DNA from: Archaeoglobus fulgidus DSM 4304
GTDB taxonomy: Archaea; Halobacteriota; Archaeoglobi; Archaeoglobales; Archaeoglobaceae
Assembly: GCF_000008665.1 (NCBI RefSeq)
Contig: NC_000917.1
Coordinates: forward strand, 360,001-392,000
DNA length: 32,000 nucleotides
Reading direction: 5' to 3'
Made by a program: the position numbers and the translations under genes. A model generated the notes under the pieces. It did not search any database. It saw only the letters and a list, made by a program, of their open reading frames with translations, and was not told the DNA's origin. Below, piece by piece: positions 9,022-17,504 of the stretch (position 1 is its first letter; every line of letters starts with the position of its first letter).

Positions 9022-9518
9022 TCTCCCACCACCTTTACAGCCAGCAACATCGCAATCGCCCCAATGGCGCTGCAGGTTTCAAGGCTTACCCCTTTGCGTG
9101 TCACGTCGAGGTGGTATTTTGCGGACTTTAACATTTCCCGTGGCAAACCCCTTCTTCCGAGACCTATTAAAAAAGTTGCCGATTTGAACGCTGCTAAAGT
9201 ATCGGGATTGACTACTTTGTCCGGGTCAGGCTTGGACGTTGTGGCAACCACCTCTCCGAAATGAGCCGGAATCTTATCTATTAGGTGAAGTTTCCCGGAT
9301 TCTGCGAGATATAGCAGGTATTTCCCGCCTTCTCCGATGGTCGTGTAGTTGGCAACCTCCTCAGCCACCTCCTTCTCACTCCTCCAGAAGGGAAAGTCGA
9401 GCAAAGCGAGGTGAAAGTTGAAGGCGTAGCAGAGCGGTGCTGCCCGTGCAATGCTCCGCAAGTGAATTTCGTGTTTTTTCAGCTTGTCGTAGGTGTTGAC
9501 AAGGCAGATGGAGATCAT
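9009..9518 (-). CDS. Putative SPOUT-class (trefoil-knot) RNA methyltransferase-like protein
   Basis: The C-terminal FLIGLGRRGLPREMLKSAKYHLDVTRKGVSLETCSAIGAIAMLL resembles the SPOUT knot motifs, for example the Trm56-type G..K.P.E....A.Y...I......SE. Family assignment is unverified. The gene overlaps the kptA start by 13 nt. Confidence 0.5.
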   Translation of the reverse strand: MISICLVNTYDKLKKHEIHLRSIARAAPLCYAFNFHLALLDFPFWRSEKEVAEEVANYTTIGEGGKYLLYLAESGKLHLIDKIPAHFGEVVATTSKPDPDKVVNPDTLAAFKSATFLIGLGRRGLPREMLKSAKYHLDVTRKGVSLETCSAIGAIAMLLAVKVVGEWRK

Positions 9519-10333
9519 TTTCTCAGCTTTACCTTTCTTCCCGAAACCCGGACAATTCCTGCTTTTTCAAGGCTCTTCAGTATCGCCTCGTAAACCTCCT
9601 CCGCATCCACGTAAAGCTCTCCGTCAAGATTGTCTGCATCCTCTATGATGCCTGAGGTGTACTCCCTCAGCTTTTCAATGTCGTTGGTGTCCTCAAGCCC
9701 CGCAATGACGTTCATCACAATTCTAGCAGCGGCATCAATCACAACGCCATCCAGACCCTCCAACTCAACATCCTTGGTCAGGACGCTCAAAATGTCCACG
9801 TTCACGTCCCATGCAGGGGTAAGCTGGAGAAAATAGCCCTTCTCGCACCCCTCAACCTCCTCGTCAAGCTCTATTATGATCGTGGGGTCTTCAGGTAGCT
9901 CTCCTTCAATGTAATCCTCCCCAACCTCAATTCCGTTTGCCTTCAAAAAGGAGTAGACAGAGGACATGAGAAGGCTGACTCTAAAGGCAGCTTCCATCGC
10001 ATCCAGAAACTCCTTATCACCCAGACTCTCATCCTTGAGCTTTACGACCTTCTCATAATTTTCAGGGGAAGCTCTTTTGAGAAACTCCCTTTCGAATTCG
10101 GAAACCTCCATCCTGCCCTTCAGTATTTCACGAATAATTTCGGAGTAGTTTTTCCAATCCTGAGCCTCCTCGTACTCCTCAAGCTCGCTTAAATTTCCCC
10201 TCAGAAAGTACCTTTCCTCAAAATCCCACTCAACAATTTCCCTTACTTCAACTCTCGCTCCTGAATTTCTCAATTTTGATGCAATCTCCATTGCCATTTC
10301 CTTGTCGGGGAAAGTGGTAACCCTTAGCCACAT
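9515..10333 (-). CDS. Hypothetical acidic protein
   Basis: The 272-aa ORF is highly acidic, with a basic C-terminal stretch (KAGIVRVSGRKVKLRK). It overlaps the next gene by 4 nt. I recognise no motif. Confidence 0.65.
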   Translation of the reverse strand: MWLRVTTFPDKEMAMEIASKLRNSGARVEVREIVEWDFEERYFLRGNLSELEEYEEAQDWKNYSEIIREILKGRMEVSEFEREFLKRASPENYEKVVKLKDESLGDKEFLDAMEAAFRVSLLMSSVYSFLKANGIEVGEDYIEGELPEDPTIIIELDEEVEGCEKGYFLQLTPAWDVNVDILSVLTKDVELEGLDGVVIDAAARIVMNVIAGLEDTNDIEKLREYTSGIIEDADNLDGELYVDAEEVYEAILKSLEKAGIVRVSGRKVKLRK

Positions 10334-10407
10334 GCAAGAACCTCAAGCTTCTGATATTTACGTTATTCGGGTAAAAGTTGATATATTCGAAAGCTCCAAC
10401 AAATCGC

Positions 10408-11568
10408 ATGTTTAAGTTGGCGGACAGACTGGAAAAGATTCCCCCGTATCTTTTCGCAGAGATCGATGCAATGAAAAGGAAAAAGTTGCAGGAAGGAGTT
10501 AAGGTAATCGATTTCGGAGTGGGCGACCCGGACCTACCAACGCCTGAGCACATCGTTGAGGCGCTGAAAAACGCCGCTGAGAAGGTTGAGAGGCAGAAGT
10601 ATCCAAGCTACGAGGGGATGCTTAGCTTCAGAGAGAGTGTGGCAAGGTTCTACAGGAGAAGAAAGGGAGTGAATCTTGACCCCGAATCGGAGGTAATCTC
10701 TCTCATCGGCTCCAAAGAGGGGATAGCGCACCTTCCGCTCGCCTTCGTGAACGACGGAGACTATGTTCTCGTACCAGAGCCGGGGTATCCTGTGTACTAC
10801 TCCTCCACATTGCTTGCCGACGGCGTACCTTATGAAATGCCGCTAAAGGAAGAAAACAAATTCCTGCCCGATTTTCAGTTGATTCCCGATGAAATTGCCA
10901 GAAAGGCCAAAATAATGTTTCTGAACTACCCAAACAACCCCACTGCAGCCGTGGCTCCAAAGGAGTTTATCAAGGAGGCAATAGACTTCTGCATAGACAA
11001 CAAAATTATTCTAGCCCACGATGCAGCCTACAGCGAGATTACCTTCGATGGCTACAAGGCTCCCAGCTTCCTTGAGTTTGAGGATGCCTTTGAAGTCTGC
11101 GTGGAGTTCAACTCCCTCTCCAAAACCTACAACATGACCGGCTGGAGGATAGGATTCGCCTGTGGTAACAGAGATATTCTTGCCGGCCTTTTAAAGGTGA
11201 AGACCAACGTTGACAGCGGGGTTTTTGAGGCGATACAGGAGGCTGCCATAGCCGCGATGGATGGCCCTGACAGAGTTATAGAGGAAAACTGCAAGGTGTA
11301 CCAGAGGAGAAGGGACCTGCTGGTTGAAGGGTTGAGGGATGTTGGAATTGACGCCGAAAAACCGAAAGCTACCTTCTACGTCTGGGCAAAGGTGGGCGGG
11401 AGCAGCATCGAGTTCGTAAAGCAGTTAATAGATAAGGCAGGAATAGTGGCAACTCCGGGGATTGGGTTCGGCAAGTCTGGAGAAGGGTTCGTCAGGTTTG
11501 CCTTAACCAGAGGAGAGGGTGTTATAGAGGAGGCAATAGATAGGCTGAAAACAATATTACATAAATAA
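10408..11568 (+). CDS. PLP-dependent class-I aminotransferase (LL-diaminopimelate aminotransferase DapL-type / aspartate aminotransferase-type)
   Basis: The PLP-lysine motif is SLSKTYNMTGWRIGF. The N-terminal RLEKIPPYLFAEIDAMKRK...GVGDPDLPTP is typical of DapL-like enzymes. I prefer the ATG at 10408, since the track ORF begins at a TTG at 10378. The TATA ttgatatatt lies 22-30 nt upstream. Confidence 0.85.
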   Translation: MFKLADRLEKIPPYLFAEIDAMKRKKLQEGVKVIDFGVGDPDLPTPEHIVEALKNAAEKVERQKYPSYEGMLSFRESVARFYRRRKGVNLDPESEVISLIGSKEGIAHLPLAFVNDGDYVLVPEPGYPVYYSSTLLADGVPYEMPLKEENKFLPDFQLIPDEIARKAKIMFLNYPNNPTAAVAPKEFIKEAIDFCIDNKIILAHDAAYSEITFDGYKAPSFLEFEDAFEVCVEFNSLSKTYNMTGWRIGFACGNRDILAGLLKVKTNVDSGVFEAIQEAAIAAMDGPDRVIEENCKVYQRRRDLLVEGLRDVGIDAEKPKATFYVWAKVGGSSIEFVKQLIDKAGIVATPGIGFGKSGEGFVRFALTRGEGVIEEAIDRLKTILHK

Positions 11569-11592
11569 TTTTTATTTAACTGAACAGCAAAG

Positions 11593-11600
11593 TTTATATT
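11593..11600 (+). promoter_or_regulatory. TATA box for the PAS sensor gene (probably leaderless)
   Basis: tttatatt lies 25-32 nt upstream of the ATG at 11625. Confidence 0.45.
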
Positions 11601-11624
11601 CATCGTCCAGAAAAGTCAGCATAA

Positions 11625-14216
11625 ATGTTAAAGCTAGGCGATAGCAGTCAGTACACCTTTAAGCTTTCTAAGAATGGGGAAATTATAGACGCCGACAGAG
11701 GCTTTGTTGAAAAAATGGGTTACGATCTTGATTCTATTCTCTCTGCGACGATTTACGACTTAACGGAAGATTCCGGCATCAAAGAAAGGCTTGAAAGTGG
11801 TGGTGAGGTAGAGGTTGTCGGAGTTGACGGGGAGTCTTACCATCTGCATTTGTACAGCGACGGTGAATACGTCTACGCATACGACGTCAGCAAATTTTGT
11901 GAAGTGCTGAGGAGCATATATGCTGGGGTTTGGGACTTTTACTACGGTCTTCTGTTCGTTGATGAGCAAAAGAGGATTCTGGCCGCCAATAACACCTTTT
12001 ACAGCTTCACAGGTCTGGAGAGGGTGGAGGGCAAGAAGCTGCATGACGTTTTTCCTGAACTCTCTCAGTCGGTTGACGAGATTCTTAAGAGGGGAGAAGG
12101 AGAAGTTTCTGTGAAAATCAACAATAGACTGTTTCATGTGAGAGTTAAAGTGAGGGAGGTCAGCGTCCTCGGAAAGAGAGTTTACGAGGTTCTTGCAAGG
12201 ACGCTGACGGAGGAGAAGGTGAGGAATTTAAGGTCGATTTTCGATGATTTCAGGTATCCTGTCGTTGCATTGTTTGCGGACGAAATCGTGTATCACAACA
12301 AGGCCGCGGAAAATCTCCTTTCAGAGGTTGACTTGAAGAGCGTTAAGGGGAAAAATCTCGGGAGTGTCAGGGTTGGGGACAAGGAGTACCTTTTCTTTAA
12401 AATTGCAAAGGATGGTGTTTACCTCTTTGTCGAGGATTTGGACAGGGTTCTCAGGGGGCTTGAAGAGGAGCTTGTCCAGTACAAGCTCTCCTTTGAAAAC
12501 TCCGTTGATGCAATCATAATCGTTGACCGCGAGGGGACTATTATCCACACGAATCCCGCAGTGAAGCTCCACGGATACACTCCGGAAGAGCTCATCGGGA
12601 GGAATGTGTTTGAGTTTATCCATCCAAGTCACCTTGAGGAAGTGAACAAGGCCGTCGAGGAGGGCAGAGGTGGGAAGTTCAGAAGAATGGAGCTGAGAAT
12701 TAGGGATAAGTCTGGCAGTTTGAGATGGGTTGAGGTTGTCGGTGTTCCAATAAGGACCTCTGATGGAGAAGTTACAGGCGGAATTCTGGTTTTGAGGGAC
12801 GTCACAACAAGAAAGGAGCTTCAGCAAAAACTCGTGGAAAGCGAGGAGCTTTACAGAACTCTTACTGAGAACTCCCACTCGGGTATTTACGTCATTCAGG
12901 ATGGTGAACTCGTTTACATGAACAAAGCCACGCAGGACTACACCGGATACACTCTGGATGAGCTGAGAAAGGAATGGAAAAAGGTCTTCGACCGCAGAAT
13001 ATGGGATGAGGTGGAAAGGGCTGTAAACGACGCACTCTCAGGAAAAGTCATTCAGACCTTCTCGAAGTACTACACGAAAAGCGGGGAAGGGAGGTACGCA
13101 AGCTTTGTGCTCTCCCCCATAACCTTCAGGGGGAAGCCAGCAGTTCTTGGAAACTTCATCGACGTGACATCTCAAGTGCTGGCGGAGAAAAAGTTAAGGG
13201 AGAGCGAAGAACTCTACAGAACTCTCGCAGAGCACTCCCACACGGGCATCTTCATAATTCAGAACGACAAAGTAGTTTACGGCAACGAAAAGCTCAGAGA
13301 GATACTCGGCTATACTATTGAGGAGGTAAACTCCCTCGAACACCCCTACAAGGTACTTCATCCCGACTTTTATGATAAGGTGGTGGAAAGATACAGGGCC
13401 AGAGAGAGGGGAGAGGAGGTTCCGAATAGCTATGAGGTGAAAGTCCTAACGAAAGACGGAAAGGAGAAGTGGCTGAAAGTTCTTGCGAGCAGAATTTCGT
13501 ACAGAGGGAAGCCTGCGGTTATGGCAAACATTGCCGACATCACGGATTTAAAGGAAAGGGAGGAAATGCTGAAAAGGCTGAACCTTTTGTTGAGAGTTAC
13601 GAGTGTTTGCAGCAGGGAGATATCGCAGGAGAAAACTGAGTTTAAAATTCTCAGCACGGTCAGAAAACACCTTGAAAGGGCCGGACTTGAGGTTGCGGTC
13701 TACCTCTATGAGGATGGCTTAATACTGGCAGGCATTTCGAGGGGGCTTGATGAGGAGAAATGCGAGAAAATGGCGATGGAGCACATTGATTCAGATGAGA
13801 TAAAGGTTGAGAAGGTTGACGGCAAGGAGGTTTTGATTCTGCCCATCTCGAACGGCAGAATTTCGGGTGTGATAATGGTATTCTCCGAAAAAGGGTTCTC
13901 GGAGGAAGAAATCAGCGTTCTTGAGGCAATCGGAAAGGACGTAAAATTCGCTTTCAAATCGCTGAAGATAGAGAGGGAAAAGGAGGCGGCTTTGAAGGTG
14001 ATTATGGAGAACCTCTCCCAGTTTGAGCATCTGGCAGACAGGCTGAGAAATCCACTGGCGATAATAAAGGGCTACTTGGAAATCAGGGAGAACTTTTCCT
14101 TCGATGAGTTTGCCAAGAGAGTCGAGGAGCAGGTTTGCAGAATTGAAAACATTCTCGACGAGCTTAGGGCGAGGGAAATTGTTACTTACGAGATAAAAAA
14201 GCTTCTTGAGGGTTGA
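11625..14216 (+). CDS. Cytoplasmic multi-PAS / GAF sensor protein ending in a HisKA-like dimerisation helix; no HATPase domain
   Basis: The 863-aa ORF has at least four PAS-like modules, e.g. FENSVDAIIIVDREGTIIHTNPA...LRDVTTRK and two ESEELYRTL-initiated units. A GAF-like region covers aa ~650-790. The C-terminal H-box-like sequence is QFEHLADRLRNPLAIIKGYLE. The ORF stops ~55 aa later with no N/G1/F/G2 ATPase motifs and no TM segments. Confidence 0.85.
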   Translation: MLKLGDSSQYTFKLSKNGEIIDADRGFVEKMGYDLDSILSATIYDLTEDSGIKERLESGGEVEVVGVDGESYHLHLYSDGEYVYAYDVSKFCEVLRSIYAGVWDFYYGLLFVDEQKRILAANNTFYSFTGLERVEGKKLHDVFPELSQSVDEILKRGEGEVSVKINNRLFHVRVKVREVSVLGKRVYEVLARTLTEEKVRNLRSIFDDFRYPVVALFADEIVYHNKAAENLLSEVDLKSVKGKNLGSVRVGDKEYLFFKIAKDGVYLFVEDLDRVLRGLEEELVQYKLSFENSVDAIIIVDREGTIIHTNPAVKLHGYTPEELIGRNVFEFIHPSHLEEVNKAVEEGRGGKFRRMELRIRDKSGSLRWVEVVGVPIRTSDGEVTGGILVLRDVTTRKELQQKLVESEELYRTLTENSHSGIYVIQDGELVYMNKATQDYTGYTLDELRKEWKKVFDRRIWDEVERAVNDALSGKVIQTFSKYYTKSGEGRYASFVLSPITFRGKPAVLGNFIDVTSQVLAEKKLRESEELYRTLAEHSHTGIFIIQNDKVVYGNEKLREILGYTIEEVNSLEHPYKVLHPDFYDKVVERYRARERGEEVPNSYEVKVLTKDGKEKWLKVLASRISYRGKPAVMANIADITDLKEREEMLKRLNLLLRVTSVCSREISQEKTEFKILSTVRKHLERAGLEVAVYLYEDGLILAGISRGLDEEKCEKMAMEHIDSDEIKVEKVDGKEVLILPISNGRISGVIMVFSEKGFSEEEISVLEAIGKDVKFAFKSLKIEREKEAALKVIMENLSQFEHLADRLRNPLAIIKGYLEIRENFSFDEFAKRVEEQVCRIENILDELRAREIVTYEIKKLLEG
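12837..13562 (+). repeat. Tandem internal duplication of a 363-nt (121-aa) PAS unit within the sensor gene
   Basis: Unit 1 starts ESEELYRTLTENSHSGIYVIQDGELVYMN at 12837 and ends RGKPAVLGNFIDVT. Unit 2 starts ESEELYRTLAEHSHTGIFIIQNDKVVYGN at 13200 and ends RGKPAVMANIADIT. Confidence 0.6.
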
Positions 14217-14246
14217 AATTTTTAAACCCATGACCGTTCTCTAAAT

Positions 14247-15650
14247 ATGGAAGTTTACAATACCCTCTCGAGAAAAATCGAGAAGCTTGAGGATATTGTG
14301 GATGGCAAAAGGGTGAAGATGTACGTTTGCGGTATCACAGCTTACGATTACTCCCACATCGGCCACGCGAGGAGTGCCGTGTTTTTCGACGTTTTCAGGA
14401 GGTATTTGGAGTATCTCGGATATGAGGTAGTATATGTTCAGAACTTCACGGATGTGGATGACAAGATCATCAACAGGGCCGTTAAGGAGGGCAAGACGCA
14501 GAAAGAAGTGGCGGAAAAGTTCATTGAGGAATATCTGAAGGACATGGAGGCTTTAAACGTAAAAAAGCCAACGTATCAGCCTAAGGTTACGGAGCACATC
14601 CCCGACATAATTGAGTTTATCCAGAATTTGATTGAAAAGGGCTACGCATACGTAATTGATGGGGATGTTTACTTCCACGTGCCAGCCTTTGAGCACTACG
14701 GCGAGCTATCGAAGCAAAGTCTTGAAGAGCTAAACAGGCACAGAATAGAGCCGGATGAGAGGAAAAGGGACGTGAAGGATTTTGCCCTCTGGAAGTCCGC
14801 GAAAGAGGCTGATTTAAAGGCTCAGGCTGTTTTCGACTCTCCTTGGGGCAGAGGAAGGCCGGGGTGGCACATAGAGTGCAGCGTCATGTCGGCCAAGTAT
14901 CTGGGAGTGCCTTTCGACATCCACGGCGGGGGGAAGGACTTGATATTCCCCCACCACGAAAACGAGAGGGCTCAGAGCTTTGCGAGATTCGGGGTGGAGC
15001 CTGTTAAAATCTGGGTGCACAACGACTTCATAAGGATAAAAGGGGAAAAGATGAGCAAAAGCCTGGGAAACATAGTCAGGATTAGGGATGTGCTTCAGAG
15101 GTACGAAGGAGAGGTGCTCAGATACTTTCTGCTCACAGCCCACTACCGCAGCCCTCTCGACTACACCGAAGAGGCACTTGAGAGGGCGAAGAGGGCTTAC
15201 GAGTATCTTAGGTCAGCTTTAATAAACCTCGATATGGAGATTGCATATCTGAAAACCTTCGGAGACAGGAAAGAGGGTAATCAGGTTGATGTTGAGGATT
15301 ACATCAGGAGGTTCGAGGAGGCGATGAACAGAGACCTGCACACACCCGATGCGATTGCGGTTCTTCACGAATTTGCCGGCTTGATCAACAAATCCCTTTA
15401 CGAGTTAAGCCTTAACCAAGCAGAAGAGCTTTACGAAGCTTTTAAGAGATTGTGTGGAGTTCTCGGGTTGTTCGAGAAGATGGAGAGAGTGCCCGCTCTT
15501 AGCAGAGAAGATGCAGAAAAGGTTGTTGAAAGGGAAAGGGCAAGGAAGGAGAGAAACTTCGAGCTTGCCGATGCCATAAGAGATGAATTCGCGAAGAGAG
15601 GAATCAGGCTGATTGACACACCCAAGGGAACGAGGTGGAGGGTGGAATGA
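14247..15650 (+). CDS. cysS: Cysteinyl-tRNA synthetase
   Basis: The 467-aa ORF has a HIGH motif (YSHIGHARS) and a KMSKS motif ([10 protein letters not shown]). The Zn/Cys-binding CGIT...HIEC pattern is also present. The TATA tttttaaa lies at 14219-14226. Confidence 0.97.
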   Translation: MEVYNTLSRKIEKLEDIVDGKRVKMYVCGITAYDYSHIGHARSAVFFDVFRRYLEYLGYEVVYVQNFTDVDDKIINRAVKEGKTQKEVAEKFIEEYLKDMEALNVKKPTYQPKVTEHIPDIIEFIQNLIEKGYAYVIDGDVYFHVPAFEHYGELSKQSLEELNRHRIEPDERKRDVKDFALWKSAKEADLKAQAVFDSPWGRGRPGWHIECSVMSAKYLGVPFDIHGGGKDLIFPHHENERAQSFARFGVEPVKIWVHNDFIRIKGEKMSKSLGNIVRIRDVLQRYEGEVLRYFLLTAHYRSPLDYTEEALERAKRAYEYLRSALINLDMEIAYLKTFGDRKEGNQVDVEDYIRRFEEAMNRDLHTPDAIAVLHEFAGLINKSLYELSLNQAEELYEAFKRLCGVLGLFEKMERVPALSREDAEKVVERERARKERNFELADAIRDEFAKRGIRLIDTPKGTRWRVE

Positions 15651-16081
15651 ACCGTCCCGGACACATGGGAGCGACGCTCTTAGCTCTTTCCCCCTTTATC
15701 CCCAAACTGGGTGTGGAGTTCGTCGCATTGGCGGCAATTTTCTCCATGCTGCCCGATGTGGACTTGGTTTTGAAAATCAGGCACAGGGAGTACACGCACA
15801 ACTTCACCTTTGCTGCAATCTCAACCCTGCTGTTCTTCTTCCTTTTCAGGTATGCGGGAATTCCTGAAATGCTTGCCCTCTCAGTCTTTGCTGCGGTGTC
15901 AATCCACATAGCCGTTGATGTGTTCACGATGCAGAAATTTCCGCCATTCTTCCCTTTTTCCAGGAAAAGGGTGGCATTCAAGGTTTTCAGGAGCGATAAC
16001 AGCGCGGTTAATGCCGGATCTTTTATACTCGGCTCGATAGCGTTCGTTTACTTCGCGGGTGGTGGAAATGCTTGGTGGTGA
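15647..16081 (+). CDS. Membrane-bound metal-dependent hydrolase-like protein (YdjM/DUF457-like)
   Basis: The ATG overlaps the cysS stop (ATGA). The protein starts [12 protein letters not shown] and continues ...LPDVDLVLKIRHREYTHN...SIHIAVD, with conserved His/Asp on hydrophobic helices as in DUF457. The family name is from memory. Confidence 0.65.
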   Translation: MNRPGHMGATLLALSPFIPKLGVEFVALAAIFSMLPDVDLVLKIRHREYTHNFTFAAISTLLFFFLFRYAGIPEMLALSVFAAVSIHIAVDVFTMQKFPPFFPFSRKRVAFKVFRSDNSAVNAGSFILGSIAFVYFAGGGNAWW

Positions 16082-17077
16082 GAGCGTTTTTACCTTGGAC
16101 GTCGGTTCCGGAACTCAGGACTTCATGCTGTTTGCTGAGGAGAACGAGAGAAACTGTCCGAAGCGATTCTGCCGTCACCAACGAGAATTCTGGCTAAGAA
16201 GATTGAAAGGGTAGAGGGAGACGTTTTCCTCCGCGGCTACACGATGGGTGGGGGAGCGATAACCTTTGCAGTTAGAAGACACCTTCAGAGATACAGGGTT
16301 TACGCAACAGAGAGGGCAGCGCTGACCTTTGCCGATAACCTCGAAAGGGTTAGGGAGATGGGGATAATCATTGGCGAGCCTGAGGGCGATGCGGTGGAGC
16401 TTGAAACGAAAGACGTGGACATGCCATTCTTTTCTGATTTCATCGAAAAAATGGGCTATGAAATGCCGAGATATTATGTGGTAGCGGTGCAGGACCACGG
16501 CTTTTCACCGCAAATCAGCAACAGGGTTTTCAGGTTCAGAATGTTTGAGTCACTTTTGAGAAAAAACCCCGGCATTGAGGGATTTCTCTTTCACCATAGA
16601 GAGATACCGCCGGAGTTCAACAGGATGAGGGATGCTGCGAGCAGCGTTCTGGATTACGTCAGGGCTGAGGTTTACGTTGTCGATACCGTCTTCGCAGCGA
16701 TTGCCGGATGCGCCCTGCAGGTGAAGGAATTCCCCGCATTGCTGGTTAATTTCGGCAACTCCCATCTAACAGCAGCGATAGTCGATGAGGATTACAGGAT
16801 TAAGGCTCTACTGGAGCACCACACTCCTGTTTTAAGGAGGAGAGGTGTGGATGAGATAAAATCGCTCCTTGAGAGGTTTGAGAGGGGTGAGCTGAGCAAC
16901 GAGTACGTTTTGAGCGACGAAGGGCACGGCTGCTACTACGATGAGGTCGTTGATGTTAGGGAGAGGCTCTGCACAGGCCCCAACGCCCACCTTTCACCCT
17001 TTAAAGAGGTTGGCGGGGACCCGATGGTTGTGGGAAATCTGGGGATGATGTTTCTGCTGAGGAAAAAAGTTACTTGA
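16068..17077 (+). pseudogene. ASKHA (actin-like ATPase) fold protein, DUF1786-like, interrupted by an apparent 1-nt frameshift near 16161-16166
   Basis: A 49-codon ORF (16068..16214, not in the track) encodes MLGGESVFTLDVGSGTQDFMLFAEENERNCPK, a phosphate-1 type DxGxGT motif. The frame of track ORF 16244..17077 is open from 16139 and reads ...AILPSPTRILAKKIERVEGDVFLRGYTMGGGAI. Adding one nt in aag|cg fuses the two into one ~336-aa protein. Confidence 0.55.
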
Positions 17078-17504
17078 CGATTTTCTGTCCGTCTATGGTC
17101 TCGAACTGCTGAAGGCTTTTGCCAACAATTTTCATTTTCATCTTTGAAATTGCACCTGAGAGCTTCGAAAGCTTTTCCTCGTCAAAGGAAACGATTACCT
17201 CCCCACCGTCCTTAACTTCGTCAACAGCAAAGTTAAGCTCAAGCTCCATCTCGGAAATCTCGAATCCGGGAAGAGGAAAGTTCCTGAGAAACTCGTCCTT
17301 CTCGTACTCCTTTCGAATTTTTGAGAGCTCCATGTCAATCAGCTTTTTGGCTGAGAGGGCTGAGAGCGTTATCGATGCCGCGAGCTCTCTTAGGGGTGCT
17401 TTTTTGACTGCAATTTCCGGCTTGTCAACCGGCTTAACCGGCTCGACAAAATCCGGCTTTTTAACGTCACGGGCAACGTCTTTGCGAACTCTTCTTCCCG
17501 GCAT
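17070..17504 (-). CDS. Uncharacterised protein, divergent third paralogue (C) of the 17992..18564 family, with a basic Lys/Pro-rich N-terminus
   Basis: The SD ggggaggg precedes the ATG. The N-terminus is MPGRRVRKDVARDVKKPDFVEPVKPVDKPEIAVKK. The core NFPLPGFEISEMELELNFAV..GGEVIVSF..SGAISKMKMKIVGK aligns with [39 protein letters not shown] of paralogue B. Confidence 0.7.
   Translation of the reverse strand: MPGRRVRKDVARDVKKPDFVEPVKPVDKPEIAVKKAPLRELAASITLSALSAKKLIDMELSKIRKEYEKDEFLRNFPLPGFEISEMELELNFAVDEVKDGGEVIVSFDEEKLSKLSGAISKMKMKIVGKSLQQFETIDGQKIVK

Noticed and set aside
12321-12878. 185-aa minus-strand ORF inside the PAS sensor gene, plus similar ones at 11760..12137, 13791..14231, 4625..5122, 8572..9264 and 20750..21178
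   Set aside because: All lie opposite strongly supported genes and lack motifs or translation signals.
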